From Mytilus edulis (Eukaryota), in the NCBI RefSeq assembly GCF_963676685.1, contig NC_092355.1, forward strand, positions 51,398,001 to 51,462,000: a stretch of DNA of 64,000 nt, in the 5' to 3' direction. Below the pieces are notes generated by a model. It saw only the letters and a list, made by a program, of their open reading frames with translations. It was not told where the DNA came from and did no database searches. The translations under genes and the position numbers were made by a program. Positions 12,421-25,700 of this stretch are shown here, piece after piece (position 1 is the first letter of the stretch; each line of letters begins with the position of its first letter).

Positions 12421-14129
12421 GTTCTTTTTTCGAAGCCAAAGATTTTGTGCAACTGTATTAATTTTATGTTCAGTAAAGTCTATTTTCTAATAAAACATTT
12501 TTCTTTTTTTCAATATTAAAATTGATAAATAAAGTAAGAAAGACCTTCTGCGTTGACAAACATGTTAGAATGACATGGTAAACAGTTTGTATTTAATATT
12601 TGATTAGGTTTGGGTATACCCTTGTCGGCAAACAATATTGACGTCATTATGCAGATTGTCAATTCTGTCAAATTTATTTTGTTATGTATAATTATCTAAA
12701 TTATTAACACAAGATCACAACAAGATCAAATAGTAGCTTTGTTAAAAACTTAATTATCCACAATTATTGATATGAACAAAAATTAATCAAATGTATCAAT
12801 AACGTGTAATTATTAGAAGAAAAACTTAGTGTGTTACTAATATGTTACTAATTTGTTTTTCAAATTAAAATTTTGATAACATGTTTTGCTAAAAAAAAAA
12901 ATTGTACTATTTGATAGTTTTTTAATGGTTTATTCCTTACATTAAAATAATGTTAAATGAAAGAGTTTTAATATGATTGCAATGGCCATGCAGTCGGATA
13001 ACTCACAAGTTGGGATTCACAAGAGACCAAAGGATGATAAGATGTTAACAAAACAACAATTGTTTGACGCACGGCCGTCAATAATGAGCAAATACCATAT
13101 ACATAATCTTTTTATTTAGTTGTCATTTGGATTATGTTGGACAAATATCAATGATGCCACAACGTAACAACCCCAAATTGTAATATTTGTGCATGGCATT
13201 ATATCAGAAAAAACTAAGGCCAACAATGGTTCTAAAACGCAACTCGGAAATTCAAAACCTGAAGGTGGGCTTTAGCTAGACGTATGCTAGTTACATGTTA
13301 AACGTGGATACACACATATTTGTATTTATTTTACGTGTTCTTCCTTTAAGTTAGTATGATTTAAGTCCATTTTATGAATTCAAACTAGTTCAGCTTGTAG
13401 AATACAGAAAGCATCCACAGCAACAACAAAAAAAGCAAGAAAGAAGATACCCGATCGGAATTCTACGACAGATTCCGTGAACCTAGATCTGCCCGGTGAA
13501 AAAACGAGAGGATACAAAGCATAATATTAACGAAAACCCTTAGTTGAAAGATAATGACAGCACAATGAATCATAGGAAAATAATAATAAAAAAAAAAACA
13601 ACAACACAACAACAAAAAAAAAAAATAAAAAAAAAAAAACTTCACTTCACAAACAACTTACATATAAGAGAACTTTCAACCATTGTGATCATGCAGCAAC
13701 TCGTGCCACATACATAACCGTGGATGAACTCAATTGATCGACATTACTGTATTCATCTTATTACACGTGAATCTCCTAATCGTTCAGGGAAAAGAAATTT
13801 ATCAAATGTAACGGAAATTAAAATTTACAAACGATAGGACATATTTGAAATCGTCCAAATACATACATGATCATACATAAACACTACAAACTTTAAGACA
13901 TAACCATTACGATATTAAAGTAACTGGAAACAACAACCGACGAGGTTCCGGACATTGACGTATTTCAGATACATAGAAAAACGATAAACTTAGTTGTTGT
14001 TTATCTATATTATTGGTTTTAACCAACCATACATTTTATTATGCACTTCTATTGCTCATTAAAGCTTAATTAAAAGGACATTAATTGACGTTGGTCACGT
14101 GTGATCGACGAACAAATAGAAGATTGCCC

Positions 14130-15010
14130 GAAAAACATGACCAAATACAATGACAACTCTGTGACCAAACATGGACAGAAGGACAGACAACACCGTGGCT
14201 AAACATATGGGTATAAGACAGACATTACCCTTGCCAAAACATCCTTAGAAGAACAGACATCTCCGTGGCCGACACTTGGACAAAGGACACACATCATCAT
14301 GCCTAAAACATTGACGGAAAGACAGACATCACCGTGGCTAAAACATGGGTAGAAGACAGACATTACTCTTGCTATACATTGACAGAAGGACAGACATCCC
14401 CGTGGTCAAAACATTGACACGACAGAAAGTGACTAAAACATGGAAAGAAGGATAGGAGATTGACCCAAAACAGGGATGAATTTTTGACAACACTGTGACC
14501 AAAAACAGGGACAGAATGATAGACATTACCCTGGTAAAACATAGATAGAATAACAGACATTACCCTTGCCAAAACATCGACAGAAGAACAGACATCACCG
14601 TGGCCGACACTTGGACAAAAGGACACACAATATCATGCCTAAGACATCACCGTGGCTAAAATATAGACAGAAGGACAGACATCAGCGTGGCTAAAAATGT
14701 ACATGCAGAAGGAAAGACAGCAACGTGGCTAAAACGTTCACAGTAGGACAGACATCACCGTGGCTAAAACATGAACAGAGGGACAGATATTACCGTGACT
14801 AAAAGGATAGAAGGACAGACATCCCTGTGGTCACAACATGGACAGCAACACAGACATTATCCTGGCTAAAATATTGACAGAAGAACAGACATCACCGTGG
14901 AAAAGAAATGAATAGAAGGACAGACATGTCCATGGTTAAATTATAGACAGAAGGACCGACATCACCGTGGCGAAAACATTGACAGAAGGACAGAACAGTC
15001 CTTGGCGGAA
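14130..15010. repeat. 35-bp minisatellite with a higher-order ~335-bp duplication
   Basis: Consensus unit AAAACATTGACAGAAGGACAGACATCACCGTGGCT, more than 20 degenerate units; block ~14150-14310 recurs at ~14485-14645. Confidence 0.9.
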
Positions 15011-15872
15011 ACTTAGACGGACGAACTAGCATTAACGTGTCAACATTGAAATATTGACAGACAACACTAGCCAAAATCACACATTTTTGTGTATTTTATT
15101 CTTATTTTTTGCTGTGCCTGTATTGATTTTGAGTCATGTATGGATATCCCCATGTCGTTTGTTTTTTTCTATTACGAATATACAAACATCAATGTGACGA
15201 AAGGGTGACAAGACGGACATGCACGTGATTGATAAATCAACAGAAAGTCGGGGGAAACCACGAAAAAACATGTACAGAAAGGATCAGAAAAACAGTTGGG
15301 ATTACGTACGACTGAAGCGTAATCATCCTGCCCTCGCTCCAAGCATGGAATCATTCGTGTTGGACATGTATTAAAAACCATAATATGGTGGTAATCTGCA
15401 TTTGATGATTATCATGATAATGTAAATGAATTTATTAGATTACTCATGTGAAGAAATCGTAATTTCGTAATGTTATTGTCTATTTTACTAAATTTTAATT
15501 TACAGAGTACACATGTATATATAAATATTTACTACAAGGAAACATGATCAATACTTTACTGACGTAATCTTTTATCTCATTGGTAATACAATATTAGCAA
15601 ATCAATTTACCAGGTGTCAATTAAACAATCAATATAAAAAGTTCTAATGATTTTCTAGTGCAGGCCAATTCGTAATCGGGAAAATGTATACTAATTTTGA
15701 CGCATTTGTTTTGAAAAATACATCGCATATTATTCGCTGCTCTACATTATAATTAAAGCATAGTTTTCTGTCTTTGTCGTTAATTTTTATGCAGTTTTTC
15801 ACATTATGTCATGTCGAAACCTTTTATATATATATATATATATATATAAGAAGATGCATGGGGTACATGAAC

Positions 15873-16032
15873 GCATGGCGGATCCAGGGGGGGGGGGGGG
15901 AGGCGGTTCCGGGGGTTGGAACCCCCCCTTTTTTTGGGCCGATCAATGCATTTGAATGTGAGCATATAGTTGGAACCCCCACTTTACTCTGGGTTCGGAA
16001 CCCTCCTTTTTAAAATGGCTGGATCAAACACG
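15873..16032 (+). mobile_element. Short non-autonomous DNA element (GGCGGATCCAG-type termini, possibly hAT)
   Basis: CATGGCGGATCCAG-polyG ... GGCTGGATC; related copy on the minus strand at ~26390-26520 shares GATCAATGCATTTGAA. Confidence 0.55.
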
Positions 16033-16393
16033 GATGCTTGGCTCACACCGAATAACAAGCTGTAAAGGGCCTAAAATATTACTAGTGTAAAACCATTCAA
16101 ATAGGAAAATTAACGATATAATCTATATAAAAACGAGGAACGAGAATCACATTTGAACCACATCAACAAACGTTAACCACTGAACAACAGATTAATGAAT
16201 TGGGAAAGGTTCAGCGGGTTTAAACGTTTTGACAGGCGCCAATCTCCACCCAAACCTGAAGTAATAATGTACATGTAACATCACAACATAGAAAGACACA
16301 AATGGTATGGGTTTACTCATTATTGAAGACCGGCCTATCATGATGGTTGCTTCCGTCTATTCCATGTACTGGACAGGTGTATAGTGGTCTCAT

Positions 16394-16527
16394 GTCAACT
16401 TCGTACTTTATTTGACCTTTTTAACTTTTTTGGATCGAACGTCACTGATGAGTCTTTTGTAGACGAAACGCGGGTCTGTAGGCGTATATACAAAATTTGG
16501 TCCTGGTATCTGTGATGAGTTTATTTT
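16394..16527 (+). mobile_element. Retrozyme fragment with type I hammerhead (16440-16484)
   Basis: CGTCA-CTGATGA-GTCT-tttgt-AGAC-GAAA-CGCGG-GTC; core intact, 3' strand of stem I disrupted; ends at family terminus CTGGTATCTGTGATGAGTTTATTT. Confidence 0.85.
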
Positions 16528-17977
16528 CAAATGATTTTCTTATATAATTTTTTTTTCATTTACATATTCAAAATTGTTTCAGTAGAATATTATGCCAAAA
16601 CCACATAAAACTATAATTGTTTTATTTTTTGACATTCCGCCTATCAGTTATAAAATTATTCCTCAACGTGGTTATTATTTTCATACAATAATCCTTGGTT
16701 CCTCGGTGCCATTTATTTGTTTCTTTATATATCAAAAGCAAACAAAATGTAACTTCTTCTTCTTCTTCTTGTTTGTATAAGCTTCCTATGGACAGGAACA
16801 CCTCTAATAATATTAGAGTATATATAAGGGTAATTTTGTGGATAATTTTTTATTTGTTTTTTTATGACTATGTACAGCGCACTATGTGTATGGTTGTTAA
16901 TATATGTACGTTTTTTTTGTTGTTGTGACTTTTATTGTAACTTGAATTATTGGCATATAATATCTTTATTGTAGTAACACGGAAACGTATTAAGGACATA
17001 CATGTAGTTAAAATCAATTTGACATTGACTTTTTTCAAAGTCAAAATTTGACATTTAAAATCTTAAAATTTCACAAACTTGAAATATTTACTTCGTACTT
17101 TAACTTAAAACTAGGACTTTTAAAAGGCAATATTTCGAGATTTTAAAAGTTAAAACTTAAATGTAAAGTCAAAATATCGAGATAAGAAAAGTTGATTTTC
17201 AAGTCTTAAGTTGAAATTTTAAGATTTTGAAAGTCTTTTAATTAGTGTCATTAAGAAATATGAAAATACATAATTTTACAGTCTTTAAAGGAGAGGCACC
17301 AATCTCCGTCATCGTTTATAGAGCAACACAGAGCAAGTTCGTTGGACAATCTTGATTACAGGCAATATGCCGTTTAAATACCTCTTGCTATATCAATAAT
17401 TGGTATAAGTTTCGCGCTTCATTGAAGAACTATTGGTGACCTTCTGTTGTTGTCGGTTTCCCCATTTACATTCTCAATTTTACATATAGATAAAAATATG
17501 TGGTATGGTAGCCACGGAGATTACTCTTAATCTAAGTCACAATTTGCAAAAGTAAACCATTATAGGTTTGCTCACTACAAACATGAAAGCCGACAGTCTC
17601 ATCTACGTAAAAATGAGAAAACGAGAAACACTAGTCGTACGAACTACACCAGCAAACAACAACCACTGAACATCATGACTTACGACAGGTTCAAACAAAT
17701 GCAGCGGTTTTAAACGTTTCAATAGGTACCAATAGTGTAAGAACACAACATAGTAAACGAAACAACATAATGACAAAAAATACCTCATCCCCATCTTTTT
17801 ATGAAACCCATGTAAGAAAAAAAAGGACAACTGGACCTAAACATGGTGATTAACTTGTTAAAAACAATACGCTTTTCAGCGTCTGAGTTCATTAAAAGAA
17901 CAACAACTACGTGGATGTGGTAGAGAGCACCTTTTGTTTAATTGTACTTGGTTAATGATAAATACATTATCTTACTA

Positions 17978-18830
17978 AAACATGTTTTATTTGACTGCAT
18001 GGCTATGTTTATTGACAAGGAAGATAGCAAGACATTTACCTAGATGTTGATTTGAAAATGTATTGTCGGTACAAATAATGAACGTAAGCTTCGATGTAAA
18101 AAGGGGAAAGACTTTAAAACGTAATAACCAGTTTATCTTACTAATAAAATTGAGAATGGAAATGGGGAATGTGTCAAAGAGACAACAACCCGACCATAGA
18201 AAAAAAGACAACAGCAGAAGGTCACAAACAGGTCTTCAATGCTGCGAAGAATTCCCGCATCCGGAGGCGTCCTTCAGCTGGCCCCTGAACAATATATACT
18301 AGTTCAGTGATAATGAAACATGTTTAATTTATTTGACTGCATGGCTATGTTTATTGACAAGGAAGATAGCAAGAAATTTACCTAGATGTTGATTTGAAAA
18401 TGTATTGTCGGTACAAATAATGAACGTAAGCTTCGATGTAAAAAGGGGAAAGACTTTAAAACGTAATAACCAGTTTATCTTACTAATAAAATTGAGAGTG
18501 GAAATAGGGAATGTGTCAAAAAGACAACAACCCGACCACAGAAGAAAAGACAACAGCAGAAGGTCACCAACAGGTCTTCAATGCAGCGAAGAATTCCCGC
18601 ACCCGGAGGCGTCCTTCAGCTGGCCCCTTAACAATATATACTAGTTCAGTGATAATGAAACATGTTAAATTTATTTGACTGCATGGCTATGTTTATTGAC
18701 AAGGAAGATAGCAAGACATTATATAGAGGGTGATTTAAAAATGTGTTGTCGGTACAAATAATGAACGTAGGCTTTCAAGTGAAAATGGGAAGGACTTTAA
18801 AACATAATAACCAGTTTTTGATTACTAATA
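17978..18830. repeat. 342-bp composite tandem repeat (flank - PLE end - flank - PLE end - flank)
   Basis: A ~165-bp segment occurs three times (17978, 18317, 18659); the first two are followed by the terminal ~175 bp of PLE family 1 in minus orientation. Confidence 0.9.
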
Positions 18831-20506
18831 GTCGAAGAAAACGAAATTCAATACGATGTTTTATGTCGTATCAAACTATTAGTGACTTTTCCAATCGCGT
18901 TTAAACAGGGAATCCTACTTTTAACTTTTAGACAACTGTATTCCTTGGTTAGAATAAATGTTTAAGTTTAAAACATAGTATTTGTAAAAGATTCAAAGAA
19001 GTGGGTGCAATAGTTGTACTTGAACCGTACCAATGTTGACGGCACCATCAGCAAAACTATATGTCTTAAACGATTTAAACAATGTAAAAATGTAGGAACA
19101 CATTACATTGTATATCTAAATCACTTAAATGTAACTTGTACATATAATACATTGAAACTTTACGGTAAAAATAAAAACAAATACAACTGCTCAGACAAAA
19201 CTTTGTACAAATAATTTTATTCGACATTAATTTCACCTGTAGTGATTCATAATCTATCATAAACCGTATTTACTCATTGATGCAAACTTTTGTCTTTTTC
19301 TCATTGATCTTATTTTGTGTGTTACATTAATGTACTGAAGCCGTCGACATAACTAAAGTAATTTACAACTACTAATTGGTCGATTGTTGGTTGCTTAACG
19401 TCCAGTGGCAAATATTCCAGGAACTCGTTGTTCAGTAGTTGTCGTGTGTTATTTTTAAGGGCCCTTTGTAGCTTGCTGTTCATAGAGAGCAAATGATTCG
19501 ATCCGTATTGAAGGTCGTACTTTGACCTATAATGGTGTACTTTTTACAAATTGTGACTTGGATGGAGAGCTGTCTCGTTTGCACTCATACCACATCTTCT
19601 AATATATATGTTCAAGACGATACTGCTATTGACAATCTACCGAAACCGATGTTAAAATGTTTGATATAAATGTAATTTCCATCGATTTCATTTCCTTTTT
19701 AACTCGTCGTTAATCGATGTAGATAGGCAAAATTTTGATTTTCAATATTATTTCATAAATGCATATATTTGCCTTTCGCTTTATATCGTTATTTTTTTTC
19801 TTTTTTCCCCGGGACATTCGATTGATGATGCTATTATAATCCATATCATTCTCGCTTCTTATTGTTTCTAAGATAATTAATTAAACAAAGTAGCAGCGAA
19901 AATGGAAAGCTTAATAAATTAAGTTCTATTTTAGAATATTTAGTTCCGGTTTTGATAGTTACATTGACGTAAGCTGTAACAAACTATGAATGAGATGAAC
20001 TATTAACTGCCATTTAAAATTCGATGCAACACGTCATCGAACCTTTTTTGATATCGTTAATTGTTCATCTTTTTTGATGACATATAATCTAACATTTATA
20101 TTAACCCAATATAACCTTTAATAAATATTCTTCAGTATAAACTGTATGCTTCAAGGGAATGCATGGCGTTTTCTCTAATAACCTTTCTTGTGCGTGTTTG
20201 TGTTGGATTTCTGTCACGTAGTGTTTTAGCGATATATTTTTTAACATTCAATTTGTCATAGCCGGGAGGTTTGGCATGCCATTAAACCTGGTTCAACCCA
20301 CCGTTTGTTCTTAAAATGTCCGGTACCAAGTCAGGAATATGGCAGTTGTTATCAAATAGTTGATTTCTACGTCTGCTAGCGTTTGTTTTTGTTGCACTTT
20401 GGTGTTCCTGTTGTTCCTTTGTTTTCCTTTTATAGTTGATGTGTTTCCCTCGGTTTTAGTTTGTAATCGTGATTTGTTTTCTCTCAATTTATTTTTAACT
20501 TCATAA

Positions 20507-20791
20507 GGGAGCTACCATTTGATTTTTATGGGGAGGGGGGCTAGGATGAAAAATTTTGTCCTGCATTTTTTTTTAGCTGTAATCTCTGTCCTGCCTTTTT
20601 ATTTTTCACTCTGTTCGGTCCTGCATTTTTTTTTTAGTTTATCCAGACTTTTTAACCTAAATTGTCGTCCTGACTTTTTTTTTGCAAGTGTCTCATCCTG
20701 CCTTTTTTTTTTAACTCAAAACTCCTGTCCTAACTATTTTTTTTTCAAATTTCATCCTAGCCCCCCCAATAAAAATCAAATGGTAGCTCCC
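20507..20791. mobile_element. PIF/Harbinger-like MITE nested in another repeat
   Basis: TAA|GGGAGCTACCATTTGATTTTTAT ... ATAAAAATCAAATGGTAGCTCCC|TAA; ~45-bp imperfect TIRs, 3-bp TAA TSD, internal GTCCTG-polyT subrepeats. Confidence 0.85.
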
Positions 20792-21415
20792 TAACACCGG
20801 TACACTTCTGTTGCCTTTGATTTTCTCTGATAACTTTTATGTCAGCACTCTAAATATATATAGAAAACGTAAGAAAAATCCTTTATCAATTTCAAAATTT
20901 GTGCAAGAAACCTAATCTTCTTATTTGAATATCATATGTTTTTAAGGTTTTTCAGGTTTTTAGTCTGTTGATACCTTTATCATAAAGCTATGGACAAATC
21001 TGACTTCAACAAAATAATAACAAATGAAGTGTTATCTCTTTCTGGTTACTTCAATCCTTAAATTTCAAAAACTTAAAGCAGCTAGATAAGGATATGGTTG
21101 TGCAAAACCTATATTTAGTATAGTTGAACATACGGTTAATGGTGCTCACATTCAACACAATGTTAAATACAGGTGTCAGACCACCTATTCAAAACCTCTT
21201 TCAACCAAATTTTGCAATTTTCACAGCTTTCTAATATTATACCGGAAGTTCATAAAATACCTTACAAGTAAAAACGCTAGTAGCATCATAGAAACCATTG
21301 TTCATTGTTCACCTTTCTACATGCCAAATTTCAAGTTATGTTAGAAAAAGTCTTATACTAAATCCCTTACCGTTACGGGAGGGATTATTCTTGATATTTC
21401 TATGATGAAGACATG

Positions 21416-21916
21416 TTTAATTGAGGTCTGGAGCTGGCATGTCAGTTAACTGCTAGTAGTCGTTGTTATTTATGTTTTTTGTCATTTTATTTATTTTTCT
21501 TAAATTTTGTTACATCTTCTGACATCGGACTCGGACTTCTCTTGAACTGAATTTTAATGTGGGTATTGTTATGCGTTTACTTTTCTACATTGGCTAGAGG
21601 TAAAGGGGGAGGTTTGAGATCTCATAAATATGTTTAACCGGGCTGCATTTTTGCGCCTGTCCCAAGTCAGGAGCCTCTGGCCTTTTTTTAGTCTTGTATG
21701 ATTTTTAATTTTAGTTTCTTGTGTATAATTCAGAGTTTAGCATGACGTCCGTTATCACTGTACTAGTATACATATTTTTAAGGGGCCAGTTGAAGGACGC
21801 CTCCGGGTGCGGGAGTTTCTCGCTACATTGAAGACCCATTGGTGGACTTCGGCTCTTGTCTACTCTATTCTTTGGTTGTTGTCGCTTTTGATAATATTTC
21901 CCTCTTAATTTCATTA
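21416..21916 (+). mobile_element. 3'-UTR copy of Penelope-like family 1
   Basis: Colinear with ~31145-31642. Confidence 0.85.
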
Positions 21917-22422
21917 TAAAAAAAAATAGCCTGTGAAAAACAAGCACTATTAAAAATAATCCCTGTTTTTCTGGAAATACTATGGAGCGTATTAATCCTT
22001 AATTAAGTCATAGACAATGTAGTTTTGAAACAATCCTGCAACTTTGGTTAAGTTTAAGTAACCAAATACATCAAAAGCACTATTTTGTGTCAAAGAAGGG
22101 CTACTTTTACGTTCTAAATTGGAGTGAGTGAATTGGTTGTATGACATCTACAGACTTGGTACATGTATAGTCATTACATTGAACAACGGTTCTAATGTGT
22201 TTCCTGTGTTAATATTTACGTCTGAATAATATGAGACGTGCAATAACGGAAAATCCATAAAGTCGTTTTAACCTATGATAGCCCTATATTAAAAATTTTA
22301 GGACCTAACGGAAACAATTGTTGCATCTATTCAATCGACATTCAAACGATTTTGAATATGAGTAATCAAGTTTGTTATACAGTTGAATACTTTGGGCTGC
22401 CTTTTTAAGAATCACATGATCG

Positions 22423-22780
22423 ATACCACTGTTGGTATGTCACTGCTGGTGGAGTTTTGATTCTCCGAGGTTATCATCAGCCAAATATTCAGCACTTCAC
22501 TTCTGTGCTGACATGAATTATACTTGAAATGGTCTTATTTATAAATTAACTGTTTACAAAACATTTGAATTTTTGTAATACTAAGGCTTTTCTGCCTCTG
22601 GAATAGATTACCTTAGCTATATTTTGCAAAGCATTCAGGACCAAAATCTTCAACTTCGTACTTTTTTGGGCCTTTTTAACTTTTTTGGATTCGAGCGTCA
22701 CTGATGAGTCTTTTGTAGACGAGACGCGCGTCTGCCGTAAACACAAAATTTTATCCTTGTATCTATGATAAGTTTATTTA
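22423..22780 (+). mobile_element. Nearly full retrozyme monomer with type I hammerhead (22696-22737)
   Basis: Colinear with 42700-43068; ribozyme has GAGA in place of GAAA. Confidence 0.85.
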
Positions 22781-25700
22781 AATATATACTTATCACGATT
22801 TCGCTATAAAAAAGAATATTTTGATAGTGAATTCCCGTGCATCGATTGTCGTTTGATGTTTTAAAATTATTTTTGTTTAGCAAATAGCTATTCATTATAC
22901 ACTCGATTCTTGAAAACCTTTTGATTAATGCAGTCTTTGGGCTCACAGAAAGACGATACATGCAATTGGCATAGAACAAAGTTTAAATATACTGCGTTTG
23001 AATTATCAATTTGTATAATTTTCATTTATTCTCAATGAAACTACAATAAAATAAGATTATTGAATATGTAGTTATCCGCCGAAGATGTTAAAAATATCCG
23101 GTTTACACTATTTTAAGAAAATGAATAAATAATCTTTATTTGAAGAGAATATTAATCCCATTTGTTAAACATTTAACTTATCTTCATGAGACCCCTTAAA
23201 ATAAAAATAACATGTAAACACATACAATATTCTGTCGTTAAATATTCTATATTTGAGAACCAGAATATATAGATTTTTAATTTGAAAAAAAGATGGCTAA
23301 AGAATCTAGATTTGAAAAATAGTTTTCCATCAGCTGAACGTAAATTATAACAGGAGAAAAGTTTCGTAACCAAATCTTATACTGATTAAAATACAAGCAT
23401 TGCCTTTTGATATTGAAAACAATGGACTCAGATAATTAGTGCTTCATGTATCTACTGTTAGCTAGCTATTTTAGGCTTACCGAAGAACCTGTTCGTTATT
23501 GCAACCGTAAAATAAAATTCTGATCATATCTGTCCAGACTGCTAATAATTATGATCGATTTGTTTATGTGACAATATTGATGCTTTCTCAGAAAAGTCAT
23601 CGATGGTCACACAAGCCCTATTCAGGGGAGATATGTATTTATCACGCGAAGATGACGTTGGTTTGTTGTTGCTTTTATTTTACATATTAGGTTGATGCTG
23701 AAATTTTCACGTTTGTGCTTTTTAAAATATGTTAGTTTGATATTGTTAGGCGAGAATCTTTCTGTTGAAAGTTAAATGTTAAATCCGAAAGTCATCATCC
23801 TTATCTTCAAAATCTACCCTTTTTAAATTTTGGTTGATTCTATTTCTAAGCAGGATTTTGGTTTCACATTTTTTGACTAATATAATTTCCAAAGTTAGGT
23901 TTAAAGACCCACGGGCTTTGTTCGTATAAGGCTGAGAGACATAAAAAACTTATATAAAAGAACAAAAATAAAAATAAACATAAATAAAAAAAAAAAAACG
24001 GAATAAAAAAGACATGAGAGTGCAAACAGTCAGATTTCTATTACCCCAAGATGGATGTTATACATACCGATATCAACATGGTCTATCGTCGGGAAAGATA
24101 ACAAAATCTAAAATGGCAAGTGTAACAAGGAGCATAACTCAATACTGCAAGCATTGGTTTCAATGAAAACATCGCGACTTATAAAACAAAAGCTGTTCAC
24201 ACAAACCTTAGTACAAACGTTTAGTACACTATTGCCGCCTACAAAAAGACCCATCATTGATGCTTAAATAAATACGTTATTTTAAGGATGTACTTTGTTG
24301 AAATTGAAAAATCAAGAATTTAAAATAGATACTATAACTAGTAAAAATATGAGAGGTTAAATGCTATAATACCATGTTCAATTCACCATTTTCTACATTT
24401 GACATGCCTATACACTGTACCTAGTCAGGAATATGACAGTTGTTCATTCGTTTGATGTTTTTTTATCATTTGATTTTGCCATTTGATTGGGAGCTTTCCG
24501 TTTTGAATGTTCCTAGGAGTTCAGTGATTTTACTTTTTAGAAACAAGATAATAAGCTAAAAATATTGATAGGCTATTGAGCTTTTTTCGAGATGTTTGAT
24601 TTTTAAAAGATGACAGGAAAAGGCTTACTCTGACTTTTAACTTACAATTGCATTGGAATTGTTTGGGTCACCAATTATAAGAAAAGAAATCTAGAACCTG
24701 CTTAAATTTTAGTAAAAGACCTTTTTTGAATTATTGAATTATTATAAGAAAGAAAAATGGGTGTTACGGGACAAATTTGTTATCTTTTATCGTAGGAAAA
24801 AACCGAACATCTGACACAAATTACTAAACCTCACCTTAGTACATTCTGAAGGCCAAATCAAATTCAAACTTTTGTATCTGGCCGTCACTAGTAAGTCTTA
24901 TGTGTACAAAACGCACTTCTGGCTCATAAATTTCAAACCTGGTGCCTTTTGTTAGCTATTATTCGTGTGTTTCTTTGTCAATTGTATTCTCCTATTTATT
25001 TGTATTGTAGTCCTGTAATGTTGTGTTGTCATTTTAATGTTATATCTAACATGGCCATAAAAGAGGGAGGTTTTGCATGCCATAAAACCAGGTTCAACCC
25101 ACCATTTTTTCTTTAAAAAATAACTTGTACCAAGTCAAGAATATGGTCATTGTTATATTATAGATAGTTTCTATGTGTGTTACATTTTAACGTTTTGTTT
25201 CTTTTGTGTCGTTTGTTTCCTCTTAAATTTGAGTGTGAATTCACATTATTATAAGACGTGTAAAGGTATTTTTCTATCCCAAATTCATGTATTTAGTTTT
25301 GATATTCTCATCGGATTTTGTCTAATGCTTAGTTAAGAACTGTGTGTGTTACATTTTAATGTTGTGTTGTCATTCTCTTATATTTAATGCGTTTCCCTCG
25401 GTTTTGGTTTGTGACCCGGATTTGTGTTTTTTTCTATCGATTTATGAGTTTTGAACATCGGTATGCTACTGTTGCCTTTATTTAAGGTAATGTGTCGTTC
25501 GGCTAGTTAATGAATACTTTAATTCGAACACCCTATGTAAGGCCTTAAATGTCTTTTGAAATCATTCCGTATATAATAATTTGTCGTTAGCTAATTGTCT
25601 TATTGACATTTTACAGATGAACCGACTCATTATCATTAGATATATATGTATACCCTTATTAGACGCTTAGGCATATAAAATCACGAAAAATAACTATTTT

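Noticed and set aside
14338-15080. Short ORFs in the minisatellite, or a CRISPR-like array
   Set aside because: 35-bp degenerate tandem units with no unique spacers and no cas genes; the period breaks the reading frame
17005-17240. Degenerate ~22-bp AAAAGTCAAAAT..CGAGA subrepeats in both orientations
   Set aside because: Too decayed to define termini or a family
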